This document shows, one piece after another, positions 25,301 through 37,725 of a stretch of DNA of 64,000 nucleotides. The stretch is from Phoronis australis (lineage: Eukaryota > Animalia > Phoronida), in the NCBI GenBank assembly GCA_002633005.1, contig NMRA01000539.1:186001-250000 (forward strand), written 5' to 3'. The notes below the pieces were generated by a model that saw only the letters and a program-made list of their open reading frames with translations, was not told where the DNA came from and did no database searches. The position numbers and the translations under genes are program-made. The first letter of the stretch is position 1, and each line of letters begins with the position of its first letter.

Positions 25301-28300
25301 GTTTTATGATCAGACACTGTACACATTTAGTCACGTTGAGCAGTGCGGCCAGCCATAAACAACATGTTCCAACCTAAGTTACCCTCATACTCAAATGTCT
25401 GTCCCATACATTGAGCTACATGGGCCGCCATACAGAGACATGTTCTCAACAACCGTTTCGCCATTTCCGTCAACCTCTGTCGCATGCACTCACCCGCTAG
25501 ACAGCCGTACAAAAACACATTCAACATACCTTCTTCCAATTCTCCACAAACTGTGATTCCCATGAGTTGGTCCATATTACCAGCCATACAATGACATGTT
25601 CTCACCTTCCTTCTTTCCATTCTCCATCCACTGTCAATCCCATGCATTGACTTGCGTGATCTGCTAGAACTCCTTCATCCACAAGTTGCACGTGCTATGC
25701 ACTGGCCCATGTGGCCAGCCATACAAAGACGTGTTCACACCTACCTTCTCTCCATTTTCCAACGACTGTCTTATCCCATGCATTGACCTGTATGGCCAGC
25801 CATACAAAGACGTGTTCCCACCTACCTTCTCTCCATTCTACATCAACTATCTATCCCCACGCATTGACTTAGATGGCTAGCCATACAAAGACCTGTTCCC
25901 ACCTACCTTCTCTCCATTCTCCATCAGCTGTCTATCCCATGCATTGACCTGCGTGGCCTGCTGTATAAAGATGTTCCTGCTCATCCAACTCCTTCATCCA
26001 CAAGTTGCACGTGCCATGCACTGGCCTATGTGGCCAGCCATACAAAGACATGGTAACACCTACCTTCTCTCCATTCTCCATCAACTATCTATCCCCACGT
26101 ATTGACCTAGATGGCTAGCCATACAAAGACCTGTTCCCACCTACCTTCTCTCCATTCTCCATCAGCTGTCTATCCCATGCATTGACCTGTATGGCCAGCC
26201 ATACAAAGACCTGTTCCCACCTACCTTCTCTCCATTCTCCATCAGCTGTCTATCCCATGCATTGACCTGCGTGGCCTGCTGTATAAAGATGTGTTCCTGC
26301 TCGTCCAACTCCTTCATCCACTTGTTGATATTGTCCTCCAGCTGTTTATACGTTATGGTGGTGGTGGTTGTTGGGGTCACACCAGCTGTTGACGACGAAC
26401 TGTAAACACCAAGTTTCAAAATAACACAAGATGGCCGAATGCTGCCACTAGCTCAGTGGACAAAATGTTTTGTTTGCAAAACAAATCAATCACTAAAAAG
26501 CCTAACAAGAAGAAATCAAAGCAATGTGGTTCTCGCAAAGCACAAAACGTGACACCAGCGAGCATTCTTGGTTTGAGCAAAACATGAGCATTGTTAATAA
26601 ATGTGAAACAATAAGAAACAGTGTTCATGTGAAAAATCTTGTACTCTAGATAATACAGCAGATCCTGTTCATTACAAAGATCAAGAGAGCTGGGGCTTAA
26701 ATTACCCACAGGGACCAAAGGTTTACTTCTTGAGCCTGGTTTCCGGAAACAATGACCTGTCAGTTTTTGTCAAAAATCACTTCATAAAGTTATTTTTTGA
26801 CAGATTTCTGGTTTCTAACAGCTTTAAATGTTGAGCCAGGAATGAAACAAATTCAGAACCACCAGCAGCAGAGCTGGTTCTCAAGTCATATCATTTGCTC
26901 ACAAATTTCAATGCGAGTGGCGACAACTTTGCATTTTACCAAACGTCACTGGATATTGGAGGGGGAGGATCTCACAGAAAATGAGTCACTACGTCATGCC
27001 ATCTCCAGGAATGCACCCAGACATCTCAAACCATGGTTTTAACCACCTTAGAAGCTGAAGAAGCGACATAGCCATCAGTTTACAGGTATGTTGTTGTACA
27101 CTATTTCAAGAAATCTACAGCAGACCTATAACTGAAAAATATCCCCGCTTCATAAGCCACAACTCAGGATGCCCCAAGACCTTAACTACTTTCTACAGCT
27201 CGGTGTAATATAAACATAGTCCATAACCTCATCCAAAACGAACTGTGATCACGATAAAACCTCTTCAGTTTAGGACACAATACAGAATATTTTTCGTATA
27301 GTACACGAAACAACAAATAGATGCTTTATCTTTTTAAAGTAACATAGCTATCATCAAACAATACTACGAGAAATTGGGACATTAAAAAAAAGGTCAGTGG
27401 TGTTTGAAATATGAAAAACTCAGTATTGGCTAGTACTTTTGTCCACATTGCCAAGATTTCACCACACTGAACAGCTGGTTCTGTTTGGCAGTCTGACTTT
27501 CAGTCAAAGATCCCCACACGTATTAATAAACATGTAATACCTGACAATTACCTTGTTATTGTTGTTGTTGTTGTTGTTGTTGTATTCTGCGATAAACTCG
27601 TAGTCGTTTTAGTTGACGCAACAAATGGTGCAGATACGGAGCCTAAGGGAATAGTCAAAAAGCATTGTCACCACGCAAGTTTTGTTTAAAGGTATTTAGC
27701 TCTTCTTCAACACATGAAAGAACAATNCCTCATCCAAAACGAAGTGTGGTCACGATAAAATCTCTTCAGTTTAGGACACAATACAGAATATTTTTCGTAG
27801 AAGACACGAAACAACAAATAAATGCTTTATCTTTTTAAAGTAACATAGCTATCATCAAACAATACTACGAGAAATTGGGACATTAAAAAAAGGTCAGTGG
27901 TGTTTGAAATATGAAAAACTCAGTATTGGCTAGTACTTTTGTCCACATTGCCAAGATTTCACCACACTGAACAGCTGGTTCTGTTTGGCAGTCTGACTTT
28001 CAGTCAAAGATCCCCACACGTATTAATAAACATGTAATACCTGACAATTACCTTGTTATTGTTGTTGTTGTTGTTGTTGTTGTATTCTGCGATAAACTCG
28101 TAGTCGTTTTAGTTGACGCAACAAATGGTGCAGATACGGAGCCTAAGGGAATAGTCAAAAAGCATTGTCACCACGCAAGTTTTGTTTAAAGGTATTTAGC
28201 TCTTCTTCAACACATGAAAGAACAATTTAATCACACAAATAGAAGCACGTCAAATAATACTTTTTCGCGCCATAATATGTTGCTGCAAGAACGCATCAGT

Positions 28301-31300
28301 GAAAGGTCGATAGCAGTAGACCACTATGTGCAGATATTGTTCGTAGTTGTTTTAAGTGACTAAGGTGCATTGCAGTCGCCACATGCTAAGGAGATAATAC
28401 CTAACTGAATAGCAGAATTTAGGGCGTTGATGTAGTCAGAGCAGTGCTGACTAAATCTTTTGTCATAACATCACTAATGTATAACTTGCACAAATTCTGC
28501 TACTTCGATGGCAACTCAACAGTGTCTGTGTTGTAACTAGTGATGTAAGCAAACAACAGCAATACCCTACAGGCAGTCTGGAAAGGTAAACAGTGCGCTG
28601 ATGCTCCTTAAGACAGGAGGTGGCAGCACTTCAAGCATTATCACAAAAAAAACTGAACTGGTTGCGACGTTGACAACACAATGCGTAATAAGCATACCGA
28701 ATAACATTCCTGATGATGCTGTGGTTGTTGCCGTGGACACAGTCGCAGCAGGCTGGACAGGTTTCGCACCTGGAAGCATACCATTACCATCATCAGAGTA
28801 ATTATTACCTGTATTCACTCTACAACATGCGCATCTTCTCGTAACTGACAGGGGCGGATCCAGGATTTTGAGTTGAAGGGGGAGGGCAGAGTATTAGCCA
28901 GGATTTTACCAATCAGACATTTGCACATTTGCACCCCAAACTGTTAAAATGGAATCTGGGAGAATTTTAGGGGGGTGCCACAGTCCCCTTGCCCCCTCTA
29001 AATCTGCCATTGACTCATCCTGACACTTCCGACACAGGACTGGGTTTTTCCCCACCTTTTCCCCTTTACATGTGAATTGAGACTTTTACTGAAATTATGT
29101 GTAGGTGCGTACTTGAAGAAACAAAACTTCACCGTCTTTCCCAAGCTACACTGCTACATTTTTTGTTGCACATTCAGCAAATCTACTCTGTGAGTCATGT
29201 CGACAAATCTTACTTGTGTGTACAAACATGTTTACAATTTTGATTAAATACATCTTTTCATTACTTTGATTCCGTCCTTCCTTTTAGGCATGTCTTTCCT
29301 TTTCAAACTATGTGTTTAAATTTCAAGTTAATGTTTTTGTTTCACAGTCCTCTATTCAAAAACTCAAACTGAGGAATGTATCACAGACATTAAGAATAGA
29401 ACACGGTAATGCAGTCTCTGGAAAGTGACATAAACTTTAAGAATAACCATCTCATGACCTCAAATTACACTCTGACAGACTCTGCCCAGCATTTGTTCGT
29501 GGTATAATTTGGACGATTTCAAGTTATGGTGCTGTTATCGTTTTTCAAATGCATTATGGGACGATTGTTGGCTCGCAAATACGGGGCGACATCACATAAA
29601 GCTTGGTGACTCGTAAACAATATGACGCACAACAGCAATTGTCAATTGACCTCACTGTAAATGAAACAACAGGTTCATAGGAACATGATTTTGGTGGGTG
29701 TACGACTAAAATGAAGAGCAGGAAATGCCAAAATACTTACCAAGCGTTAATCCACCAGAGGGAGTGACAGTAGGTGTGAAAGATGGCTTGGTTCCAACTG
29801 TTTGCGCAGTGGCGCCGCCGACGAGCACTGACGACTGATTACTACCTGTGGTTGCTGAAGCAGCTGTAAGTTACAACAAATGCTGTCAATGTCACGAACA
29901 TACAAACTTCATCCATCAAGCCAATACAGGCGAATGTTTGGAGAACTTTAACTAGGCTAAACACACTCCCTCCCTCATTAAAAACAACAGCCTTTCTCAC
30001 AAACCACAGTTGTATAATTACCCTCTCTGAAAGAAGATATGGTAAACTGGCTCAAAAGTCAATTGTACACTAAAACAAAGTGAAACTGTCGTTCATGAGT
30101 TAAGCTGCCATTCTGCTGATAAAGTTGTGATGCGATCTTTTGCGTCGGCTTTTGGCACTATGAAATATTGCGTCACCTATTGGCCAGTTTCTTTTTATCC
30201 CCAATTCTTCAATCAACTGTTCTTCTTCCACGAAGTTGCGTATATGTCACGATGAATAACTGAACAATGGCAGTCGAAATAATATTTTTGTTTTTCATTT
30301 TTGAAAATACTTTTGGAGAAACTACATATTCACTGAGATAACAACGCATTGAGAGTATAGATTATGTTAAAACACAGACAAGTTGCACGAGTTTTACAAA
30401 TAAAAAATTAAATAACAAAGTCAATATTATAAGTTACGTTTTATTATTGACAATTTTTAACAAGCCAATGCAGCAAACATCTGGACAGTACTTGAAGATG
30501 CTTTAACTCAAAGTTCGAGGCTACTGACAACAGTCTCACTGAGAAAATTAGAAAAATTGTCCGGGTTTCTTGTCCGATTCCCGGGTTCCTGTTTTAAAGA
30601 TCGGGGTTCATGTTTTTCCAGCTGGTTCGCTATTTTGAAGGTGCAGGAGTCTGTTTTACACTGGGGTTCCTGTTTCGATGGAACACACTGAAATTTGTGC
30701 AACAAACTCGCATTTGGGACAAGACCGTAACAAGGTATGCTGGCCATTCTTCAGTGATCTGCTCTGATAATTTTGATGAGTCTTGCATTGATACTTCTAT
30801 GCTAATCCACTTAAATTTGGGGTTCACCAAACTGTAAGTACTCCTGAATGTGCCGGTATGTAAAATAACATGCAGCTTCATAAAAGAGCATTCCAAATGC
30901 AGATCCCAATAACAACATGTTTTTCTTGATGTAAGTCTGACTGAATTATTATCTGATGACTTCTACAATTGCCAATGATATTCACAAAGAATTTTATATG
31001 GCTGTGAAATCTGGAGCTTCAGTTTTATATGAAATTTAATGAGATGTCAAGGCAGGTTCAAGAGAACAGATGTGTGACCTACTTTTGAGGTAATTGACCA
31101 GAACAATGTCTTTGTTGAAGTTTCTGAAAGGCGACTCATATGCAGTGGACTCTAAACTGTTTCTGCATTTATAAGGAGGAACCAACTATCGCAAAATTTA
31201 CAGATTTTAAGAGAATAATGATGCAAGAACCGTCAAGCATGTACTCAGATTAGCCGGACAAGTTCATACGCCACACTTATGTCTGCAGACCTAAGAATAC

Positions 31301-34300
31301 TTTCAATTAGATGTTCCCGTTCTTCTTTTTTCTTGTTTTTAGGCTATTGAAGTCACGGTAGTGATGTGCAGTGCCATAAAGGAAAGTTTAATGATGCTAA
31401 CAATGTTGCCACTTGCCAAAACAAGATGAATGGTGGTTTTAAGCACGTCAACACTCTACTACGCACTACTTTCCAAAGCAATGATAGGAATTGCTTTTAA
31501 AATGTTCCACTTTCGGATGAGAGGCAATCAAAAAATAGGACATTTATGATTTTCGTGAAAATGAAATGATATCTTAGACAACTGTAACAGACAAAAGTGG
31601 TCACCCACACCTTCTGGATTTACCAATTACCAAAAAACTACAACCCAAGGACACTACCTCGAGTCTTCTAACACAAAGCCTACTTAAAATTCTGGTGTTC
31701 ATGTTGCACTCGCTATTTGCCCACTTTAATGCCTTGGGCTTTTCTGTTCAATGCAGCGATTTGTTTAAGGCCAAGGATGCTGTCTAAGATTCAACAAGCA
31801 GTGGCAGGTCTACCTAAAATTGAAGGTTGTGTGATGCCCTACTACTCATGGTGCATGTTTTCTATGCCATGTTGTGTGATGCCCTACTACTCATGGTGCA
31901 TGTTTTCTATGCCNTTTTGTTTGCTGCTCTGGGTCTGTCAAATGCTTTGGAGAAATTATGAGATGCATTGGTAGGAAAGCTAAACTTTGAAGTGTCTAAG
32001 AAGTAGGTCACACCAGTGCAGTGTGCAGTTTTAAACCATATATAAATACCTCCAGCATGACCATGATTATGGGTAGCCACAAAACAATGTCAATAACTGA
32101 AATTCAACATTTGCATGGAGTTTGGAATTTATAATGTGGAGAACACTGTGAGATGTCAAGGCAGGTTCAAGAGAACAGATGTGTGACCTACTTTTGAGGT
32201 AGTTGACCAGATCAATGTCTTTGTTGAAGTTTCTGAAATGGGACTCATATGCAGTGGACTCTAAACTGTTTCTGCATTTATAAGGAGGACCCAGCTATCG
32301 CAGAATTTAGAGATGTTAAGAGACTTAAAATTCCGGTGTTCATGTTGCACTCGCTATTTGCCCACTTTAATGCTTTGGGCTTTTCTGTTCAATGCAGCGA
32401 TTTGTTTAAGGCCAAGGATGCTGTCTAAGATTCAACAAGCAGTGGCAGGTCTACCTAAAATTGAAGGTTGTGTGATGCCCTACTACTCATGGTGCATGTT
32501 TTCTATGCCTTGTTGTGTTAGTGCATTAATTGGAAAGAAGTTGAACTTACGGAGACTAAACCCAGACGGTTGCGTTCCTTGCGTCTTGGCAGGGGTAAGA
32601 TTAAAGAACCCTGATGATGCCGTGGTGGTGGTGACGCCTCCACTTGATGCCGGTTGTCCTCCGCCAAGTAGCTGAGTGCCACCAGCACCGGTGGTAGCAG
32701 GGGTGCTGAACGACGAAACGCCAGTACCAGCCTTTGCCGGGGTTGCAGCTCCGAAGGTGAATCCTGTGGTGGGTTTGGCTGGGGTGGACGTCGTGCCAAG
32801 ACTGAAACCTGACCCCGGAGGAAATTTGGCCACGGCAGTACCGAATGTATTTGACTGAAGTCCAGTACCATGTAGTGTGGCACCTGCGGGTTGAGCCTGT
32901 GTAGACAACACAGAGCCGAGTGTGTTTCCTGTAGTTGTGGCAGCAGCTGTACTCCCCAATGTGAAGCCACTGGACTGTTGCACTTGGCTGGATGCACCTC
33001 CGAAGGAGAAACCTGAAACATTTGATACAAACGGCAACTGGTAATACAAAGCCAAGCACTCTACTGAACAGTACAGGCTTAAGGATGACAATGTGATGCA
33101 CCTTTTAGGGTAACGGTTTAGAAATTTTTAAAGACTTTATTTAGACTAAGACGATAGTTTGCAGCGAATATGCATTTTGTAAAAACCACAAGAAAAGTGG
33201 AGGAAAAGAACGATGCGTCACGACATGATAAAAAATTCTGCACCAGTGGGATATCTTAACACAACGCCCAAGATGTCCAGAAAGAGGGACCATTTTGGCA
33301 ACCAATAACTTGCCAATGCGACTTCAGATCTGGTTTGGAGACCTGGTAAAAATCTCAAGTCAATGCAAAGTTGCCGGATTTTCACAAGTTGCAACAAAGT
33401 CAGAAAAATAAGAATTCACTTGTAAATGTGTCATTCATTTCGAAATTTGAAGCGACTTCCTAACTTAACTTCAAAAATTGATGACAATATTTCTCAAAAA
33501 TAATATCCTTGGTTCACAATTCTTCTAATTATTTTGTACAATCAGTACATCTGTTACCCTCTGCAAACATCCGAGCACACGTTCACATTAACACAGTTAT
33601 CTAGCAATAACTGGCAGGTCTCCAACATGACGTAAGCACACATTGTATTGTGATGATCAGCTTTCCCCTAAGGTAAGAGCAAGTTATCCCTATTTTACAA
33701 CTTGAATAAAAGAAAAAACACAAATCATTTTGGACATTACGACAGACATTAGTCACTTGAGCATAGTCGCAGACGTACTACTTTTCAATTTGCATGTCTT
33801 AGTTTTTTCATTTCTGAATGTCAACTATGGATGGTTTGTGAAGGCCAGGACTTTCACACCACTGCACAGGATTTCCTTTTTCGGAGCTGATTTCCAATTT
33901 GGCAAACTGGGATTTCTGCCAAGTTGAACTTAGCGACTTCATGTTACGCTATGTGTCGAGACCTGAAAAACCATAAAACATCGGAACCAGTGATCATCCT
34001 ACACTTCCACTGGGATCCTGGGAAACCACCATCAACTTCAATTTCTTGGAGTCCATGAATAGATTTTAGAAATCTTATACTAAATTACGTCCAAGAATGT
34101 AGCCTCGGGTGAATACTGGGACTATAGTTGGTCCCTCACACTGCAATAAAATAAGATCGACGTAGCCTTTGTATGAAAAACATCACAGATTATGCCAAGT
34201 CATTAGAATGCACGAATGGTTTAAGTTACCTGCTGTGCTTGCCGCTGGCTTGGAACCAAACGTGAAGCCAGGTGTACTGGATGCTGTTGTGGCTGTGGCC

Positions 34301-34383
34301 GTTGGTGCAGCGAAGGAGAAGCCCGTGTTGGGTGTGGACGTCGACGACCCACCTAATGCAAAGTTGAAACCTCCACCAGACAT
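22322..34383 (-). CDS. NUP62: Nuclear pore glycoprotein p62 (~510 aa). Exons 34383-34230, 33012-32551, 29863-29741, 28769-28698, one copy of 28142-28052/27642-27552, 26399-26225, 25053-24869, 23854-23743, 23114-23048, 22413-22322
   Basis: N-terminal FG/FxFG repeats (MSGGGFNFALGG, GFSFGG, GFTFGA) and a Thr/Ser-rich linker. Nsp1-like coiled coil: YKQLEDNINKW..EL..QE..F.QQATQVNAWDR.L.ENGEKI, RLEHELDFI..QQKELEE.L.PLE, YQMAENIDAQLKRMAQDLKEIIDH, QIAKILNAHMDSLQWVDQN. Phases are consistent (1533 nt including stop). Confidence 0.96.
24539..24640. repeat. 27-bp minisatellite (~3.5 copies) with internal palindromes
   Basis: Unit gcgcagaaatttctgcacagaattcca repeated in a NUP62 intron; contains the palindrome gcagaaatttctgc. 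Confidence 0.85.
25345..26224 (-). repeat. ~80-bp minisatellite derived from the NUP62 exon 3' end plus splice donor (~9 copies, increasingly degenerate away from the exon)
   Basis: Unit (- strand) caggtcaatgcatgggatagacagctgatggagaatggagagaag-gtaggtgggaacaggtctttgtatggctggccata matches the real exon end at 26269-26225 and its intron start. The longer copy near 25900-26010 carries more exon sequence with a 2-nt deletion. Confidence 0.9.
27228..28226. repeat. 500-bp near-identical tandem duplication containing a 91-nt NUP62 exon; probable haplotype/assembly artefact
   Basis: 27228-27726 vs 27728-28226 differ by only a few substitutions and are joined by a single N at 27727. Confidence 0.85.
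28849..29012. mobile_element. MITE with CAGGGGCGGAT...ATC(C/T)GCCA(C/T)TG termini, copy 1
   Basis: Imperfect TIRs; internal sequence (gtattagccaggatttt..cagacatt) shared with 50956-51101; flanks actga / actca. Confidence 0.7.
31040..32510. repeat. Duplicated intronic segments around the N at 31914 (31040-31214 ~ 32149-32322; 31682-31913 ~ 32323-32509); probable haplotype artefact
   Basis: Highly similar blocks on either side of a single N. The first version has an extra ~470 bp and a ~44-bp internal tandem duplication. Confidence 0.75.
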
Positions 34384-34787
34384 GGTAACGACTGGCCGTG
34401 TATATCTGGTCAGAACTAATTAGGCTTTCCCAGAACAATATCGATGCCTTGAGTCAAACTGATGAAACTACCACCACCTCCTGAAAGATGTCACCAAACC
34501 GCGTCTCGTCAGCATGGCATGAGTGGGGTTGAGGTTGAAACCGAAAATAGGCGTTGGAGTTACAAAAAGTAGGGATGGTTAAGTGCTCCACATTCTGGTA
34601 TAGATTTTATGGTGTATCAATCAAAAATAGAGCTGGCTGAATATATGTCAGTTGCAGCCCTCAAAATCATGGACGACCAAAAATGTGTCAGTTTTCTTAA
34701 AGGAGTATGCCACCCAAAAAACAACCTAATTTGTATCAATTTAGATCGAGTAGTTCTACTCCATAATGACACGTACGGTTGCGTTAC

Positions 34788-34840
34788 CTGACACCTGACG
34801 GCAGACGGAGGTGTTGAAATTATCAAATGACGTCATCGGT
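34788..34840 (-). promoter_or_regulatory. Candidate NUP62 5' non-coding exon and promoter with a perfect CRE palindrome
   Basis: Minus-strand donor CAG|GTAACG at 34788; acceptor ctttcAG|G at 34480 upstream of the ATG; ATGACGTCAT at 34827-34836. Confidence 0.45.
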
Positions 34841-37467
34841 TTCACACGCAGTCTGTTCAGCAGTTCAAAACACGCGTTACTGGCGTCAGCTTATCGCTTG
34901 AAGTTATCGTTTAACACCAATAAATCATCAAACTTCGATGTAAAACCCTTAAAAATACACCAAGCTCTTATAAAAAAGTGTTGTTTTATTTCGCTCTTAC
35001 GGATTTATTGGTATTTGGACAAACCGTAGCCTACAAAGTTCGGCAGGCCAATAAGGTCGGTAGCAGGAGTTTGGGGTCCGTTCGGAGATAATTTCGAAGT
35101 ATTTTCCGTGAGATACAGACAGGAGAACCTAGATCTCTGTTGTTTAGACTTGTGATTTTTCGAGTTCTAAACACAAAACGCTCGTTATCCTGGTCAGTGG
35201 CTCGGAGCCCGATCAGGCCCGTCGCGGCTGGCCGGATTGACTCGTTATCTCGGCCAGTGGCTCGGAAACTGATCAGACATCACGAAAATAAACCAGCCAA
35301 AGTTCAGTGGAAACTAAACTTCCAGTCAAGAAAATACTATACAAGTGAGCCAAAGTAATGTGCACGTGATCATGTTGGTGAATTAGCCAAGAAACTGCAA
35401 ATCTACTTACTCGTCGGGGGCCGCAAATTCATTCCGCTTGGCCACAGCACCGTCAGGGGCAGGGCAGAAGTCGTACATTGACAATCATTATTTGAGTAAT
35501 CAGGGCTCGACATAACGAGCTGCAGGTCGCATTTGCGACCTGAAATTTGGAAATGCGAGCTGCGATATTTGTCAGCTCGTATCAAGTCGCAAAATGCGAC
35601 CTGGAATTTCCAACGAATGCGAGCTGAGTTTTTACACTTCTCAACAGATACCTGGCAAATACAAAGCAGCTCTTGTTAATCCGACCGTTATTTGGTCGTT
35701 GCCAAATCCAAGTTCAAAACAACACTAACCGAGAACAGCCCTCCCGATGACTTGTAAGCAAGTCCGTGAACATGGGATATGCAGAATCGATCTTTGAAGC
35801 GTTTCATTGGCTAACACTTTCGGCCACTTTTGTAAATTCCCGGATTCGCCTAAGAAAGTTTCGGGCCACTGCTTAACACTTGATAAAACTTCACAAAACA
35901 ACGGTGTTTCTACTAATTATTAAGCTAACAACTTACCAAACTTTGTGGTGGACAAAAATGTTTATTTTTCACATAAGATGTCCTTATTACATGTATCAAA
36001 TATCCAAGACAATATCCCTGATATCGCACTGCGGCACCGTTAGCGCGCAAGCGGTCCCGGCACACAATCGTGACTTAGACTGAGATGTGCTTCTCCTATG
36101 ACAACTTTATTAATCGCCAAGCGACGGTCACGTCTTTACTTTCATTTGCCAAGAAATTCTCAAACCCCTTACTTGTTTCTGGGGCTACATGTACGTGCGC
36201 GAAATATGATTTGTCTTTCACACGTTGTTACCAATGTAAAGTGTAGGCCTACTCCAGCGATTCAAGTGCGTGAACTCACGCGCGCGCACCACTTCAAAGA
36301 ACAGCGACAGTCCTAAATGAAAGAGTATACCGGCTTGGCTCTGGTTTATTTGAAAATAAACTCAGATTCCCAGCGGTTATAAAAGACCCGATGTACCGGG
36401 ACCGATATAACCCAGAAATGACGTTTTCCTGTTCCGTTATTTCCCGAGGTCGATGTTCTGTAAACCCTGTATTCTATGCACTAGATGCGAAATTAAGGTT
36501 CAAGTTAGCGAACTTTTCATTCTTCTCTTTATACACCCCCCCCCCCCCCCCCCACGGCAACTTTTCGCTCCCCGAACCACCGTCGCCGTAAAATGTTCAG
36601 ACTCCTANCTTTAGGTGGATTTTCGATTTAACTGCCCACTGCTCGGTTAACCGCCCTCCCCCGATTTTTTGAAGTCGCCAATTTAACCGCCCAGGGCGTT
36701 AACCCGAACGATTACGGTATGTAACAGTATAATAAAACATATTTTGCTGGGCTAAAATTTCACAATAAAAATAGAAGACAACACCTGACTCATAAAAGTG
36801 TGGCATGGCAGGTACCCTAAAACAAAATGTTTCGATAGATATCGAAGTAAATTAAGAGAAAATAAAGAATTAATTTTCAATACATTGTTGTTCAATCGTA
36901 TACATTTCTGCTTCTAGTCCACAAATCTTTACTACACTGTACGTCTGTAGAGCGAGGGTATGCTGATGCCAATATCTTCAGTAAAGCAATAAAATTCCCA
37001 GTGCTGTGCTGAATGTGGTAGACTACAGACAACAGTACTAGTAGACTACCAATACTAATAATACTGTAAAAAAGTAATAGAGTGGTCATCTTTTTATTAC
37101 CATAATACTAATAGGCACACTGCGTCAAGTTTGAAACAAGTATTGTAATTAATTCAGTGGAAATTGTATACTTACTTAATTTTCTAAACACGCAATAGGC
37201 AAAGCATGAAACTGCATTTGACCAGAAAAGGCTAGTTCTAAAAGAGTCAACAGTAACAGGGGAAATACCCAAGTGGCTAAAAATAACGCTGTCTGGTCAA
37301 TCTGAACACCCAACGTAAGGCATGGCATTCCTTGTAAAAAAACCTCTACACAAGCGACGTGAGAAAATGTAAAGATAAACTCTACTTCTTCAAACATTCA
37401 ATACGTATTAGGAGCCATTTACGTAACAATAGATACAGTCTACAGTGTGAATGAGGCACAAACTTAC

Positions 37468-37725
37468 GACGAACTCCGACAACTTTCAGCTTCGCGCCGC
37501 ACCGCCATGCGACCAAATGACGGTAATTTGCGGCAGATATTGACGAGGCATTATTTAAGGATCCTTCAATTTATACCAAAATTTTCACTTAATATGAAGA
37601 TTTATTCTGTAATAATTCTGCTTGCATGCACATTCGTGTAATTCAAAGTCTATTGATGGAAATATTGACAAAAAAGTTTCGTGTACCGGAAGTATGGCCT
37701 AACGACACCCACGGCAAAAATGGTC
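37468..37725. promoter_or_regulatory. Candidate bidirectional promoter: MRPS21 (+) and a minus-strand first exon (37508-37468)
   Basis: ETS site CCGGAAGT at 37686-37693; YY1-like AAAATGG at the MRPS21 ATG. On -, ATGGCGG at 37508 is followed by a GTAAGT donor after 37468. Confidence 0.5.

Noticed and set aside
27228-28226. Apparent duplicated 91-nt NUP62 exon (would look like a second mutually exclusive pair)
   Set aside because: The exon copies are identical, the flanking intron is near-identical, and the copies are joined by a single N. This is typical of two haplotypes placed in tandem; using both would shift the frame. Read depth or long reads would confirm.
31040-32510. Segmental duplication with repeated ORFs (MPTLMPWAFLF.../MLRDLKFRC...)
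   Set aside because: Centred on a single N with allele-level divergence. The ORFs are antisense intronic and have no recognisable motif.
32313-33101. Several long overlapping ORFs on both strands
   Set aside because: Shadow frames of the GC-rich NUP62 FG-repeat exon (33012-32551).
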